Shown piece after piece: positions 20,757 through 34,156 of a stretch of DNA of 44,864 nt. Under the pieces are notes generated by a model that searched no databases, had not been told where the DNA came from, and saw nothing but the letters and a program-made list of their open reading frames with translations. The DNA is taken from contig NW_021834670.1 of the NCBI RefSeq assembly GCF_006345805.1, positions 1 through 44,864 on the forward strand, in the 5' to 3' direction. The translations under genes and the position numbers were made by a program. Within the stretch, counting starts at the first letter, position 1. Every line of letters starts with the position of its first letter. This DNA is from Octopus sinensis (lineage: Eukaryota).

Positions 20757-21290
20757 TCCTGTCTCTAATTTTGTCTCAAAGTGCAGTCTTCTTGCGCCTA
20801 CAGAGTATCTCAACAGGCAACATAGAGCCGCACAATATATTCACTGGGTAATTTGCAAAAGCTTGGACTTGTCCCATTATAAAAACTGGTGGGAATACAA
20901 ACCACCTCCAGTACTTGAAAATGATCATATCTCACTCCTCTGGGACTTCACCATACAAACTGACAGAAAGATAGATGCGAATAGGCCAGATATTATATTG
21001 AAAGACTTCAGACAAAAAGCAGGCCTCCTCATTGATATGACTGTCCCAGTGGATATAAATGTATCTGTCAAGACCTACCAAAAACTGAGCAAGTATAAAG
21101 ATCTTGAAATAGAAATTGGCAAAATGTGGAACCTCAAGACTAAAACAATACCTGTTGTCATAGGTGCCCTGGGAATGATAGCGAAAGGGGCTGATTTCTA
21201 TCTAGTTCAGATACCAAGAAACCCAAAATGGCAGAAATTCAAAAGATAGTGCTTATGAGAACAGCCCATATCCTACATAAAATACTGTCT
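20757..21290 (+). mobile_element. R4/Dong-like LINE 3' fragment, restriction-like endonuclease domain
   Basis: Reads SKCSLLAPTEYLNRQHRAAQYIHWVICK...LWDFTIQTDRKIDANRPDII...LIDMTVP...KYKDLEIEIGKMW...IPVVIGALG, then a frameshift to EIQKIVLMRTAHIL. A (TAA)n tract follows at 21481. Confidence 0.9.
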
Positions 21291-21495
21291 AAGCAATCTC
21301 AAATGTTAAAACAAACATAATTTTCTTATCGTTTCTTAAACATTCTCTAGAACAACACTATGTACAAAACCAAATATATGACAGCTTAGGCATAACGCCT
21401 ACACGAACTTCTAACTTGTTGCTTGAGGTCTCTGGATGAGACATGGAGCCAATATGTACAAGTACAAAGCAAAAGTCAAACATAATAATAATAAT

Positions 21496-21540
<45 letters not shown>

Positions 21541-21733
21541 AATAATAATATAATAATAATAATGAATGATGATGATGATGATGATAATAATAATAATATA
21601 ATAATATAATAGTAATAATAATAATATGATATGATGATGATGATATGATGAGATGATAATAATAATAATAATAATAATATAATAATAAAATAATAGTATA
21701 ATAATGATGATGATGATGATGATGATGATGATA

Positions 21734-21774
<41 letters not shown>

Positions 21775-21974
21775 TAATAATAATAGTATAATGATGATGA
21801 TGATGAGATGATGATGATGAATAATAATAATAATAATATAATAATAATAAGAATAATAATAATAATAATGATGATGATGAGAGATGATGATGATGATGAT
21901 GATGATGAGATATGATGATGATGAATAATAATAATATAATAATAATAATAAAATAATAATAATAATTCACTTAC

Positions 21975-22305
21975 TTCGGTAGAAGGACATCTCGTTGCTG
22001 TCATTCGTGCTGACAACTGTCATGATATTTTTCGGTGAGTAATTCTTACAAACATGGCTGACATTGTTGTAAGTGAAGAATTCCGATTGGCTGCTTAGAG
22101 AAATCGCGGCACATTTCAGTAGACATCGAGTGGAGAAGAATTGTTCTGTCGGAGGTTCCTGAAGGTAACGGTAGGAATACCCAGGAGCCAAAGATCTGTA
22201 GCTGCCTGTATAAAATTGCTGGTTTGAGGTAACGGTCAGAATTGTAGTAAGGGTTAATAGCAGCACTGTGGTCACGGTTGGAATGGTAGAAGGAAACTGG
22301 AACAT
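21975..22305 (-). CDS. Gene B exon 1: signal peptide + degenerate PAN/Apple-like module
   Basis: ATG at 22305. Sequence MFQFPSTIPTVTTVLLLTLTTILTVTS...KCAAIS...FTYN...VC. Donor A|GTAAGT at 21974 (phase 1). Paralogous to 2252-2552. Confidence 0.9.
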
Positions 22306-23249
22306 CTTGGCTCTAGAATCAGAAGAGGACTGCGTTGATAAATATGTGTGTGCGCGTGTGTATGTGTGTGTGAGCGTGTGTGTTTATGTTAGAAGATGAG
22401 GGAGAAAATTTAGAGAGAGAAGGAGAGGAAGATAAAAATTCAAAAGTGGGAGAGGTAAAGAGAAAGAGAAAGAAGAGTAATTGATAGAGAGATAGAAATG
22501 GGGAGAAATTGAGAGAAATCGACGATGGTATAAGGAGAGAAGTAGAGGAGAGCATAGAATAGAGAGGGGAAGAGAATAGGTACGAGATAGCTAGAAATAG
22601 ATAGTAATACAGAGAAGGGACGATATAAAGGAAGAGATGAAGTGCAAGAGATATATTTGTCAGGAGAAATGAAAGGAGAAAAAGCTAATAGAGAATATCT
22701 GAATTAAAAAATGGGATGGTCACGGCTGGAATATCTTTGACTGAAGAACCGTTCGATCAGGCCCGATCTGGCGCAAAATGATGACGCTAACAACAACAAA
22801 CAAACGAAAACAACAACATGATAATGCATTCAAAGCAAGCGTATTTTTTAATATATGGTGTGATGGCCACGGTCGAAACGGCTTTGATCTTAGATCTGCT
22901 TAATCGCTACTGACCAAGTGTTAAACAGCAAGAAATATCGTCGCTCGCTTCTCCAGACAAACACATCATAAAGTCTGACTCGAGCCTCCAGGCCGGAGCT
23001 TATTCAGGTTGCCAAGCATTAAAGTGGAACCTCCTCCAGCTAACAGTTGTACTTATTTTCAATAGAGTGGAGAAAATTGAAGTATCTTGCCGAAGGGTTC
23101 AATGCACCACCCGATTCAGAAGTCACAATCTTTTGCGCGTGAGTGAGCTCGAGACGTTAACCGCCACACCACGTACCATAATCCTAAATCTAACAAACTC
23201 ATGCGCTCGCGCACATGCATACACACACGCACAGAGGCTCTGTGTCTCG

Positions 23250-23303
<54 letters not shown>

Positions 23304-24100
23304 AATGTATTCTTACCTTTGTTGTGGGTAGAGGCAGTGATTTTGCTATTCGTGGGCAACGAGAGACGTTGTCAGGTCTGTCCACTATGACCGTCCAGTA
23401 ATGTCCTCTAATGAACTATGAATATAATGTCCACAAATTCAAGGATTCTACAAATGCCCTTTCAGAATTACCACAGATGTCACCACTGTCCGTAGATGTC
23501 AAGTCAGGACCCTTACGAATACCAATATTGTTCACTGCATTCAAATGATACAGAGGCCGACTTATCCTTTTTTTCCTTTCAGGCTCAATAAAACAAGTAG
23601 TAGCTGAGCAGTGGGGTTCATATGATCAACTAGCCCTTTCCTGCAAAATTTCAGATCCTGTGTTTATAGTAGAAAGAATATTATCTACTGCTTCCAGAAT
23701 TACCACAGAGGTCGGCTCTGTCTCTAGATATCAATCCAGAGTTCCTACAAATGACAATATCATCACTGTCTCTAGGAGTGAAACCGGAGCGAAGGTTTTC
23801 GAACTGTTCACTGATAGCAGCACTGCTCGCTACTGTCACCAGTATCTGCAGATATCGATATAATGGTCAATAACATACGCGGTGAGAGCAACACTGGTCA
23901 TTAATGATGTTATGCCTACACCTACACGGAACTAAACTGGATGTTTCACACGCAAAAGCAAAGTCACACTTCCCTGAACACGTTGGATACCCAAATGCAC
24001 ATTCGACGGGATGTGTTCGATATTGTTGTTGGCTGTGGCAGTGTTGTTGGTGCGTTTGTTGTGATGGTAACGCTTGATGTAGTGAAGATATCTCTGTGTG

Positions 24101-24148
<48 letters not shown>

Positions 24149-24269
24149 TGTGTGTACAGTGATGGATACGAAGGGTTCGTTTAGTTACGACTTGATTTAT
24201 TAATTACAGCAGAGTATAAATACTTAAAATGGTGATACTTATCAAAACCTAATCATAATAATAATTCAG

Positions 24270-24717
24270 TCCCATTAAAGACCATAACTAGGCAAACAAT
24301 GCTTAAGTCTACTGTCAGCAATTAGAGAGTTTGAACCAAGCTTTGAAGTAAAAAAGACCGGATTTAGTGAATCGAAACAATGCGTGAATCAGGACAATGC
24401 CCGACCCCACACTGCAAATATCACATCACAGACGATCGAAGAGATTGTTGAGAAAAAATTCCTCATCCACCTTATTCTCCCGACTATTTGTTTCGTATTT
24501 TACAGAATCATTTGGGGGACATAACTTTCGCAAATCAGAGTTCTTCGCTTTGAAACCAAAAGAGTTTTACATTGATGGGGTTTAAAAAGCTTGTAAATAG
24601 ATGGAAATAAGTCATAGATAATTAGGGAAAGTACATGGATGATTAAATTTCAGTCAAATGTAACATTTGATCACTTGCTTTCTTTATTCAAAATTCGGAC
24701 AGTACATATGGGATGAC

Positions 24718-24723
<6 letters not shown>
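24270..24723 (+). mobile_element. Mariner 3' fragment with TIR
   Basis: Broken frames read QDNARPHTA...PHPPYSPD...YLFRILQNHL...FFALKPKEFY...LVNRW. Ends ATGGGATGACCTGATA before (TA)n. Confidence 0.85.
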
Positions 24724-24761
<38 letters not shown>

Positions 24762-24762
24762 A

Positions 24763-24804
<42 letters not shown>

Positions 24805-24819
24805 CATATATATATATAC

Positions 24820-24853
<34 letters not shown>

Positions 24854-24919
24854 TATATATACATACTTATATGTATATACATACATATACATGCATACAT
24901 ATATGTATATACATACATA

Positions 24920-25009
<90 letters not shown>

Positions 25010-25054
25010 GCATATATATACATGCATATACATGTATATATATATATGCACACC

Positions 25055-25094
<40 letters not shown>

Positions 25095-25399
25095 ATCATG
25101 CTCAATGCGCTTTACTCGTAAAGGCTCTAAAACTGATCAAAGACAGCTGTAAAAGAAACTGCGAAGAGCTGTGACTAAGAGGAGGCGACGCAGCAGTCGA
25201 TCTGATAACGTCCGCACAACGGAATTAATCCTAAAACTAACGAACAGGGCCTTATGCTCCTTTCAGACGGCTCTTTATAGCTGTTGGAGACTGTAGTCAA
25301 ACCTTGGCTGGAGAAGGTTGCTGCTGGAAGTCTATGTGTGAGTTAGCAGGATTTGGTTAGTCTCGGAAGTGGCTGTTGGAAAATTTCTACAACGTCATA

Positions 25400-25814
25400 G
25401 GCGCAGGAGTGGTTGTGTGGTAAGTAGCTTGCTAACCAACCACATGGTTCCGGGTTCAGTCCCACTGCGTGGCACCTTGGGCAAGTGTCTTCTGCTATAG
25501 CCCCGGGCCGACCAATGCCTTGTGAGTGGATTTGGTAGGCGGAAACTGAAAGAAGCCCGTCGTATATATGTATATATATATGTGTGTGTGCGTGTATGTT
25601 TGTGTGTCTGTGTTTGTCCCCGTAGCATTGCTTGACAACCGATGCTGGTGTGTTTACGTCCCCGTTACTTAGCGGTTCGGCAAAAGAGACCGATAGAATA
25701 AGTACTGGGCTTACAAAAGAATAAGTCCCGGGGTCGAGTTGCTCGATTAAAGGCGGTGCTCCAGCATGGCCGCAGTCAAATGACTGAAACAAGTAAAAGA
25801 GTAAAGAGTAAAGA
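25400..25814 (+). mobile_element. SINE family A, full length
   Basis: Canonical head and tail. GTCAT is duplicated on both flanks (TSD). Confidence 0.9.
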
Positions 25815-25913
25815 GAGTCATCAGCCCCAACTTCTGGCCTCTTAACTCACCTGCTTCTAACCCCACAGATCATTCTAACCCCACGGACGCAGTTGAGAAG
25901 GGCACCAGTGGTC

Positions 25914-26240
25914 CTGCCAATTGTTGAAGATGACGATGAACAGTTGTATGGTTTGAACTAAGCTTTATTGCCAATTCTTCAACTGATAATGCATGATTTT
26001 CTTCAAGTAATGCTTCAAGGAGCTTATCATCAAACTCAACTGGACGTCCTGTTCGATGTTCATCTTCAAGGCTAAAATCTCAACTTTTGAATTTTGCATG
26101 TTCTTTCATTCAAGCATTCTTTTGCATAAACAGAGCGTATGTTTCGAGTCGCTTCGGCTGTAGAGTTTCCTTTTTTGTGCTCATAAAGCATTATGTGCCT
26201 TAAATGCTCTTTGGATACTTCCATGTTAGAAAGGGTTTCA
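25914..26240 (-). mobile_element. Mariner 5' fragment (HTH region)
   Basis: Reads MEVSKEHLRHIMLYEHKKGNSTAEATRNIRSVY...LEDEHRTGRPVEFDDKLLEALLEENHALSVEELAIKLSSNHTTVHRHLQQL. Confidence 0.85.
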
Positions 26241-26604
26241 ATCAAAGAAATTGTCGAGATGGTGGCCATGATCTAGATGTTCGAAGGTTTTCCTACGCAG
26301 TGATGAACGCATGCACCAGGTTCCGGAGCCATCTTCAGGCCGTGCTGCGTGCCAAGGGTGGCCAATTTGAGGAAACTGTCATCTCCCAGCCATAATTTAG
26401 TTGAGAGATTTTGATTTTTTAAAGATACTTTTATTATTTGGATGGGATTTTGTGTATTTGCCTTTTATGCAAGTTGTCAAATTCAGGCCGGACATTGTGT
26501 GTGTGTGTATGTACGAATGTATGTATATATGTATTTGATATAATATATATATTTTTCTATACTGAATTCGTTTGTTTTTCGTGTGAAGATATCAAATGCA
26601 GAAA

Positions 26605-26775
26605 GGCTTTGAAATCCGTCAAATTCCGCCGAGGTCCACTTTGCCTTTCATCCTTTCGGGGTCGATTAAATAAATACCAGTTACGCACTGGGGTAAATAT
26701 AATCGACATAATCTGTTTGTCTGTCCTTGTTTGTCCCCTCTGTGTTTAGCCCCTTGTGGGTAGTAAAGAAATAGG
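26605..26775 (+). mobile_element. SINE family B, single 5'-truncated copy
   Basis: CAAATTCCGCCGAGGTC...GGGTAGTAAAGAAATAGGT. Confidence 0.8.
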
Positions 26776-27228
26776 TGTTGGTGATAGTGTTAGTACCTGA
26801 TGATGGGGTGGTGTATTTGTGTAGGTGGAGCTATAAAAGCTGAACAGGTAACGTGGCTATACCCTAGATTTCCAATGTACAAAGGCCTTGAAATCCGTCA
26901 ACATGGATGAGTCAACGAGGACGTGTTCATACTTCTGCACCGAACACAATCAATTTTTATCATTGATGCTTGACAAATAAACACGCAAACATTTTTGCTT
27001 CAGTGTTTCTTAACTACAAAGATGACGCCTGCAGATTCACACACGTACACATGCAGACATCTTATGATTAAAACTTCATTGTCCTTGAACTGGTGCGAAG
27101 TGAAAAAATATAAAAGTCATTTGGGAAAGGGGCATGATTAAAAAGAAGCCACGAGTATGGATTTTGTAGACACGTTGCTCAGTTTTAAGCCACTTACAAC
27201 TCATCGCTTAAAAGCTAGAATATATCTC

Positions 27229-27617
27229 TTTACTCTTTTTTACTTGTTTCAGTGATTTGACTGCGGCCATGCTGGAGCACCGCCTTTAATCGAGCAATTC
27301 GACCCCGGGACTTATTCTTTTGTAAGCCCAGTACTTATTCTATCGGTCTCTTTTGCCGAACCGCTAATTAACGGGGACATAAAGACACCAGCATCGGTTG
27401 TCTTGCAATGCTAGGGGGACAAACACAGACACACACATATATATATATATACATATATACGACGGGCTTCTTTCAGTTTCCGTCTACCAAATCCACTCAC
27501 AAGGCTTTGGTCGGCCCAAGGCTATAGTAGAAGACACTTGCCCAAGTTGCCACGCAGTGGGACTGAACCCGGAACCATGGGTTGGTAAGCAAGCTACTTA
27601 CCACACAACCACTCCTA
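27229..27617 (-). mobile_element. SINE family A, near full length
   Basis: Reverse complement of the family consensus. Inverted relative to 27956-28378. Confidence 0.9.
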
Positions 27618-27955
27618 TGTTATACAATTTTTAATAGTGAACTGTATTTAATAATATGTCGGTAGGCGAGTAAAGTATGAAGCTAATAAAGAGAACTGAA
27701 AATGATAGAGCAAAAAATCAGTTCAATAAATTAATTCATTTAAAGCTGACAGTATTACATCTAAGAGGTTCATACTTATATATCGACTGACAGTCACCAG
27801 ATGAGGTTGGTTGGTTGAATTAAATCTTATATTGATTATCGTCAACATGACTGGCTTTCAGGTTCAGAAATTCATGTTCGGGCGACAGAGAATCGATAGG
27901 TTCGATACTCAACAATCAGGACGAGTGCTGTCATAGGTTCGATACATGGCTGCAT

Positions 27956-28378
<423 letters not shown>

Positions 28379-28562
28379 TTGAGGGAATAATGGGCATGCG
28401 TGGAATATATGCAATCTCTCCTCGATGGCAGCCGGCAATAATGGTTGCTTCTAGGACATGATTTGTCATTGCAGTTATAATCAATCTTGTACCATTGCAT
28501 AGCTGTGGTGGGTCAAAATTCCTCAAGGGCGTGATAGGTGCACCTTTCTTTAGGAACACAAA
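28379..28562 (-). mobile_element. Helitron PIF1-like helicase fragment
   Basis: Reads LKKGAPITPLRNFDPPQLCNGTRLIITAMTNHVLEATIIAGCHRGEIAYIPRMPIIPSN, matching the LK.GAPI.LLRN...LCNGTRL...IPRI motif. Confidence 0.85.
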
Positions 28563-28615
28563 GGAATACAAGTGGAATGTACCAGTGAAGAACTAAATAA
28601 AATGTAAGCACAACA

Positions 28616-28880
28616 GGCGCAGGAGTGGCTGTGTGGTAAGTAGCTTGCTAACCAACCTCATGGTTCCGGGTTCAGTCCCATTGCGTGGCATCTTGGGCAA
28701 GTGTCTTCTGCTATAGCCCCGGGCCGATCAATGCCTTGTGAGTGGATTTGGTAGACGGAAACTGAAAGAAGCCTGTCGTATATATGTATATATATATATA
28801 TGTATGTGTGTTTGTGTGTCTGTGTTTGTCCCCCTAGCATTGCTTGACTGAAACAAGTAAAAGAGAAAAGAGAAAGAGAG
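28616..28880 (+). mobile_element. SINE family A with internal deletion
   Basis: The head is intact. The body jumps GCTTGA|CTGAAAC, a deletion across TGAC microhomology. Confidence 0.85.
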
Positions 28881-29215
28881 AGACCTGATATAATGATTTG
28901 AGATAGAGAAGAGAAACTGTGCACAGTTGTAGAAACGAACTGCCCAGCGGATGTTAACATAAAGCTGAAGATCAGTGAAAAAGAGAACACCTATGCTGAA
29001 CTATTGAGAAATCTGCAGTTACTCCATTCAGATTACAAGTTCAGGTTCATACCTGTAATTATTGGGGCCCTGGATTATGTAACACACTGCCTAAATACCA
29101 ATTTTGAGAAATTAGGCTTCTCAAAAGCAGAAAGAAGCTAATTCAAAGGCTACAAATCCCACTCATCACTGCAAATGTAAAAATCTGTAAAACTTTCCAA
29201 AGGTTTATCAAATAG
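28881..29215 (+). mobile_element. RLE-type LINE 3' fragment (second subfamily)
   Basis: Reads RPDIMI*DREEKLCTVVETNCPADVNI...EKENTYAELLRNLQ...FIPVIIGAL. Confidence 0.75.
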
Positions 29216-29249
29216 ATATATATTAGCATGTCTAGGTATGTAATTCTAT

Positions 29250-29586
29250 GCATATAACATACATACATACAAACATACATACATACATACATACATACAT
29301 ACATACATACATACATACATACATACATACATACATACATACGTACATACAAACATACATATATATATATCTATATACATACACACACACATACATACAT
29401 ACATACATACATACATACAAACATACATACATACAAACATACATACATACATACATGTATACATACATACATTCATTCATACATACATACATACATTCAT
29501 TCATACGTACATACATAGATACATACATACATACGTACATTCATTTATACATACATACATGCATACACACATACATACATACATAA

Positions 29587-29620
<34 letters not shown>

Positions 29621-30155
29621 CTTACATACATTCATACATACATACATACATACATACATTCATTCATACATACATACATACATGCATACATACATACATA
29701 CATACATACATACATACATACATACATACATACGTACATACATACATACACACATAGATTCATTCATACATTTATACATACGTACATACACACATACATA
29801 CGTACATACATACATACATACATACATACATACATACATACATACATTCATTCATACATTCATACATACATACATACGTACTTACATACATTCATATATA
29901 CAAACACATACATACATTTATACGTACATAATACATACATACATACATGCATACATTCATTCATACATACATACTTACATACATTCATTCATATATACAT
30001 ACATACATACATACATATATACATATATACATACATACTTACATACATTCATAAATATATACTTACATACATACATACATACATTCGTTCATACATACAT
30101 ACATACATACATACATACATACATACATACATACATACATACATGCACACATACA
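29250..30155 (+). repeat. ~900-bp (CATA)n microsatellite
   Basis: Read directly. Similar tracts at 1600-1785, 3812-4200 and 38225-38560. Confidence 0.95.
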
Positions 30156-30267
30156 TAAAGAAGACTCAGGGCGTTCTGATTTTAGTGAGAAAAAAAGCAA
30201 TTACAAACTGAAAAGGAACTTTGACAAATTTAACTAATTTAGCATAGAATAATAGTCTCATATAACA

Positions 30268-30324
<57 letters not shown>

Positions 30325-30341
30325 TATTGTTGTTATTATTA

Positions 30342-30384
<43 letters not shown>

Positions 30385-30471
30385 CATAATATTATTATTA
30401 TCATTATTATTATCATTAATATTATTATTATAATTATTATTATTATTATTGCCATTATCATTAAAATTATT

Positions 30472-30502
<31 letters not shown>

Positions 30503-30546
30503 TATTATTATTATTATTATTATTGTTGTTGTTATTATTATCATTA

Positions 30547-30582
<36 letters not shown>

Positions 30583-30621
30583 ATATTATTATTATTATCA
30601 ATATTATTATTGTTATTATTA

Positions 30622-30673
<52 letters not shown>

Positions 30674-30697
30674 CATTAATATTATTATTATTATTAC

Positions 30698-30731
<34 letters not shown>

Positions 30732-30805
30732 ATTAATATTATTATTATTATTATTATTATCATTAATATTATTATTATTATTATTATAATTATTATTATT
30801 ATTAC

Positions 30806-30853
<48 letters not shown>

Positions 30854-30894
30854 CATTAATATTATTATTATTATCAATATTATTATTATTGTTA

Positions 30895-30936
<42 letters not shown>

Positions 30937-30944
30937 CATTAATA

Positions 30945-31026
<82 letters not shown>

Positions 31027-31224
31027 CATTAATATTATTATTGTTATCATTATTATTATTATTATCAAAATTATTATTATTATTATAATTATAATTATTA
31101 TTATTATTATTACTGTTATTATTATTATTATTATTATTATTATCATTATTATTATTATCATTAATATTATTATTATTATTATCATTAATATTATTATTAT
31201 CATTATTATTATCATTATCATTAA

Positions 31225-31261
<37 letters not shown>

Positions 31262-31281
31262 TATTATCATTATCAATATTA

Positions 31282-31316
<35 letters not shown>

Positions 31317-31469
31317 GTTGTTATTATTATTATTATTATTATTATCATTAATATTATTATTATTACTATTATCATTATGTTATCATTATTATTATTATTA
31401 TTACCATTATTATTACCATTATTATTATTACTATCATTATTAATATTATTATCATTATTATTATTATTA

Positions 31470-31507
<38 letters not shown>

Positions 31508-31518
31508 AGTATTATTAA

Positions 31519-31551
<33 letters not shown>

Positions 31552-31580
31552 TATTATTATTATTATTATTATTATTATCC

Positions 31581-31623
<43 letters not shown>

Positions 31624-31657
31624 TATCATTATTATTATTATTATTATTATTACTATA

Positions 31658-31688
<31 letters not shown>

Positions 31689-31864
31689 TATTATTATTAA
31701 TATTATCATTATTATTATTATTATTACTGTTATTATTATTATTACCATTATTATTATTATTATTAATACAATTATTATTATTATTATTATTATTACTATT
31801 GTTATTATTATTATCATTATTATTATTATTATCATTATTATTATTATTATCATCATTATTATTA

Positions 31865-31908
<44 letters not shown>
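30268..31908 (+). repeat. ~1.64-kb imperfect (TAT)n microsatellite
   Basis: Read directly. Related triplet tracts at 2565-3025, 4965-5270, 19630-19715, 21481-21965, 36285-37190 and 43095-43285. Confidence 0.95.
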
Positions 31909-31909
<1 letters not shown>

Positions 31910-32275
31910 TTTGTAATTAAGATCTGAACCGTTAATATTTGAAAGCACAATAGATAGTTGACTAACTGTAACCCTACATTTGAGTCACCCTGTATATCAC
32001 ATCTTTAGCATGATAAAACAACCAGCCTGTAACAACACATCAATATGTAGATCCTCGATATTACTCAATGTTTGTAGTGTTTCACTTTAGTTTCAAACGA
32101 GCCTAAAGCCGGATTGCAGGTTCAAGGACGGAATTATCGACATACACAAACAAATTCGTAATTTTTGTAAATCGTTATTTGCATAGTGAACAGAGAAATG
32201 TGAAACGGTTATTTGCATATTTATTCTTCATTCATTTTCTCCCATTCGAACCTCGTTATTAGTTATGTGTGTAAG

Positions 32276-32400
32276 GCGGCGAGCTGGCAGAAACGTTAGC
32301 ACGCCGGAGGAAATGCGTAGCCGTATTTCGTCTCTGAGTTCAAATTCCGCCGAGGTCGACTTTACCTTTCATCCTGTCGGAGATGATTAAATAAATACCA
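32276..32400 (+). mobile_element. SINE family B, 5' half
   Basis: GGCGGCGAGCTGGCAGAAACGTTAGC head and GAGTTCAAATTCC B-box. Confidence 0.8.
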
Positions 32401-32599
32401 AACTTCATTGTCCTAGAACTGGAAATAAAATCTATAGCTTAGTTAACTCTCGTCGTATATTACGAAGATAGTATACATATATAAATATATATGTAGGTAC
32501 TGTGATGTGAACAGAAAAAATAGAGCTCAAAACATGTTTCTTAATATTTAGCAGAAGCAACAGAGTGACTCAATGGCCGAGAATTGTGAACTCATAATG

Positions 32600-33201
32600 T
32601 ACCTATTTCTTTATTGCCCACAAGGGGCTAAACACAGAGGGGACAAACAAGGACAGACATAGGTATTAAGTCGATTACATCGACCCCAGTGAGTGACTGG
32701 TACTTAATTTATAGACCCCGAAAGGATGAAAGGCAAAGTCGGCCTCGGCGGAATTTGAACTCACAACGTAACGGCAGACGAAATACCTATTTCTTTACTA
32801 CCCACATGGGGCTAAACACAGAGGGGACAAACAAGGACAGACAAACAGATTAAGTCGATTATATCGACCCCAGTGCGTAACTGGTACTTATTTAATCGAT
32901 CCCGAAAGAATGAAAGGCAAAGTCGACTTCGGCGGAATTTGAACTCATAATTTAACGGCAACCAAAATACCTATTTCTTTACTACCCACAAGGGGCTAAG
33001 CACAGAGGGGACAAACAAGGACAGACAAACAGATTAAGTCGATTATATCGACCCCAGTGCGTAAATGGTATTTATTTAATCGACCCCGAAAGGATTAAAG
33101 GCAAAGTCGACTTCGGCGGATTTTGAACTCAGAATGTAGCGGCAGACGAAATACCGCTAAGCATCTCGCCAGCGGGCTAACGATTCTGCCAGCTCGCCGC
33201 C
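32600..33201 (-). mobile_element. SINE family B trimer with a single head
   Basis: Junctions at 32600, 32784 and 32968 (period 184). One head at about 33150-33201. Confidence 0.9.
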
Positions 33202-33531
33202 TTTAATGATATAGGTTTTTTTATTACCCACAAAGGGCTAATATGAAGGGAGGTAATTTCAGCGAAATTTAAAGGGAGGTAATTTCTCTTTATTTATTTT
33301 TCTGCTTTTCCTTAGTTGTTTCCCTTGAATAGTTCAAGGGAAACAACTCAAGCAAAGCATGAAACTACCCTACGTCGTTCAGCTGGAATTCAGAAACACT
33401 GAAACGTTCAAAGTGTGAAAAGAAAAATCTATGACGAAGCTCGTCGTATAATAAAAACACACACACACACATACACACACATACACACAAACACACACAC
33501 ACACACAAACACACATACACATACACACACA

Positions 33532-33598
<67 letters not shown>

Positions 33599-33766
33599 AA
33601 ACAAACAAACACACACACGCGTACACACACAACCACAGACACACGCAGACAAACACATATATACAAACACACATACTCAAACACACACACACAAACACAC
33701 ACACTCACATACACATACGAACGCACACACACATTCATGAATATACGTACGTATATATGTATGTGT

Positions 33767-34072
33767 GGAGGCGCAATGGCCTAGTGGTAAGGGCAGCGGA
33801 CTCGCGGTCGCAGGATCGCGATTTCGATTCCCACACCGGGCGTTGTGTGTGTTTATTGAGCGAAAACACCTGAAAAGCTCCACGAGGCTCCGCCTGGGGG
33901 TGATGATCCATGTTGTACTCTTTCAACACTCTTTCTCTCACTCTTTCTTCTGTTGGCCTGCTCGCTTAGCCAGCGGAGTGGCGTCATTTGAAGGCTAAAA
34001 CAATGCGAACGCATTGTGACCAGCGATGTGTAGCAACATCTGATGGTCTGGTCGGTCACGTGATCACGTGAT
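33767..34072 (+). mobile_element. SINE family C1
   Basis: Homologous to 11217-11527. Tail CACGTGATCACGTGAT. Confidence 0.8.
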
Positions 34073-34156
34073 GTATGTATGTAAGTATGTATGTATGTAT
34101 GTATGTATGTATGTTACTATGTATGTTACTATGTTTGCATGTCTGTGTGTGTATAT

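Larger units (their letters stand above)
25100..26470 (+). mobile_element. Decayed DD37D (maT-like) transposon interrupted by a SINE and a mariner fragment
   Basis: Reads LLETVVKPWLEKVAAG...WLLENFYNV|SPNFWPLNSP and NACTRFRSHLQAVLRAKGGQFE*. Confidence 0.65.

Noticed and set aside
20863-21249. 128-aa ORF as a host gene
   Set aside because: It is the RLE domain of a truncated, frameshifted non-LTR retrotransposon.
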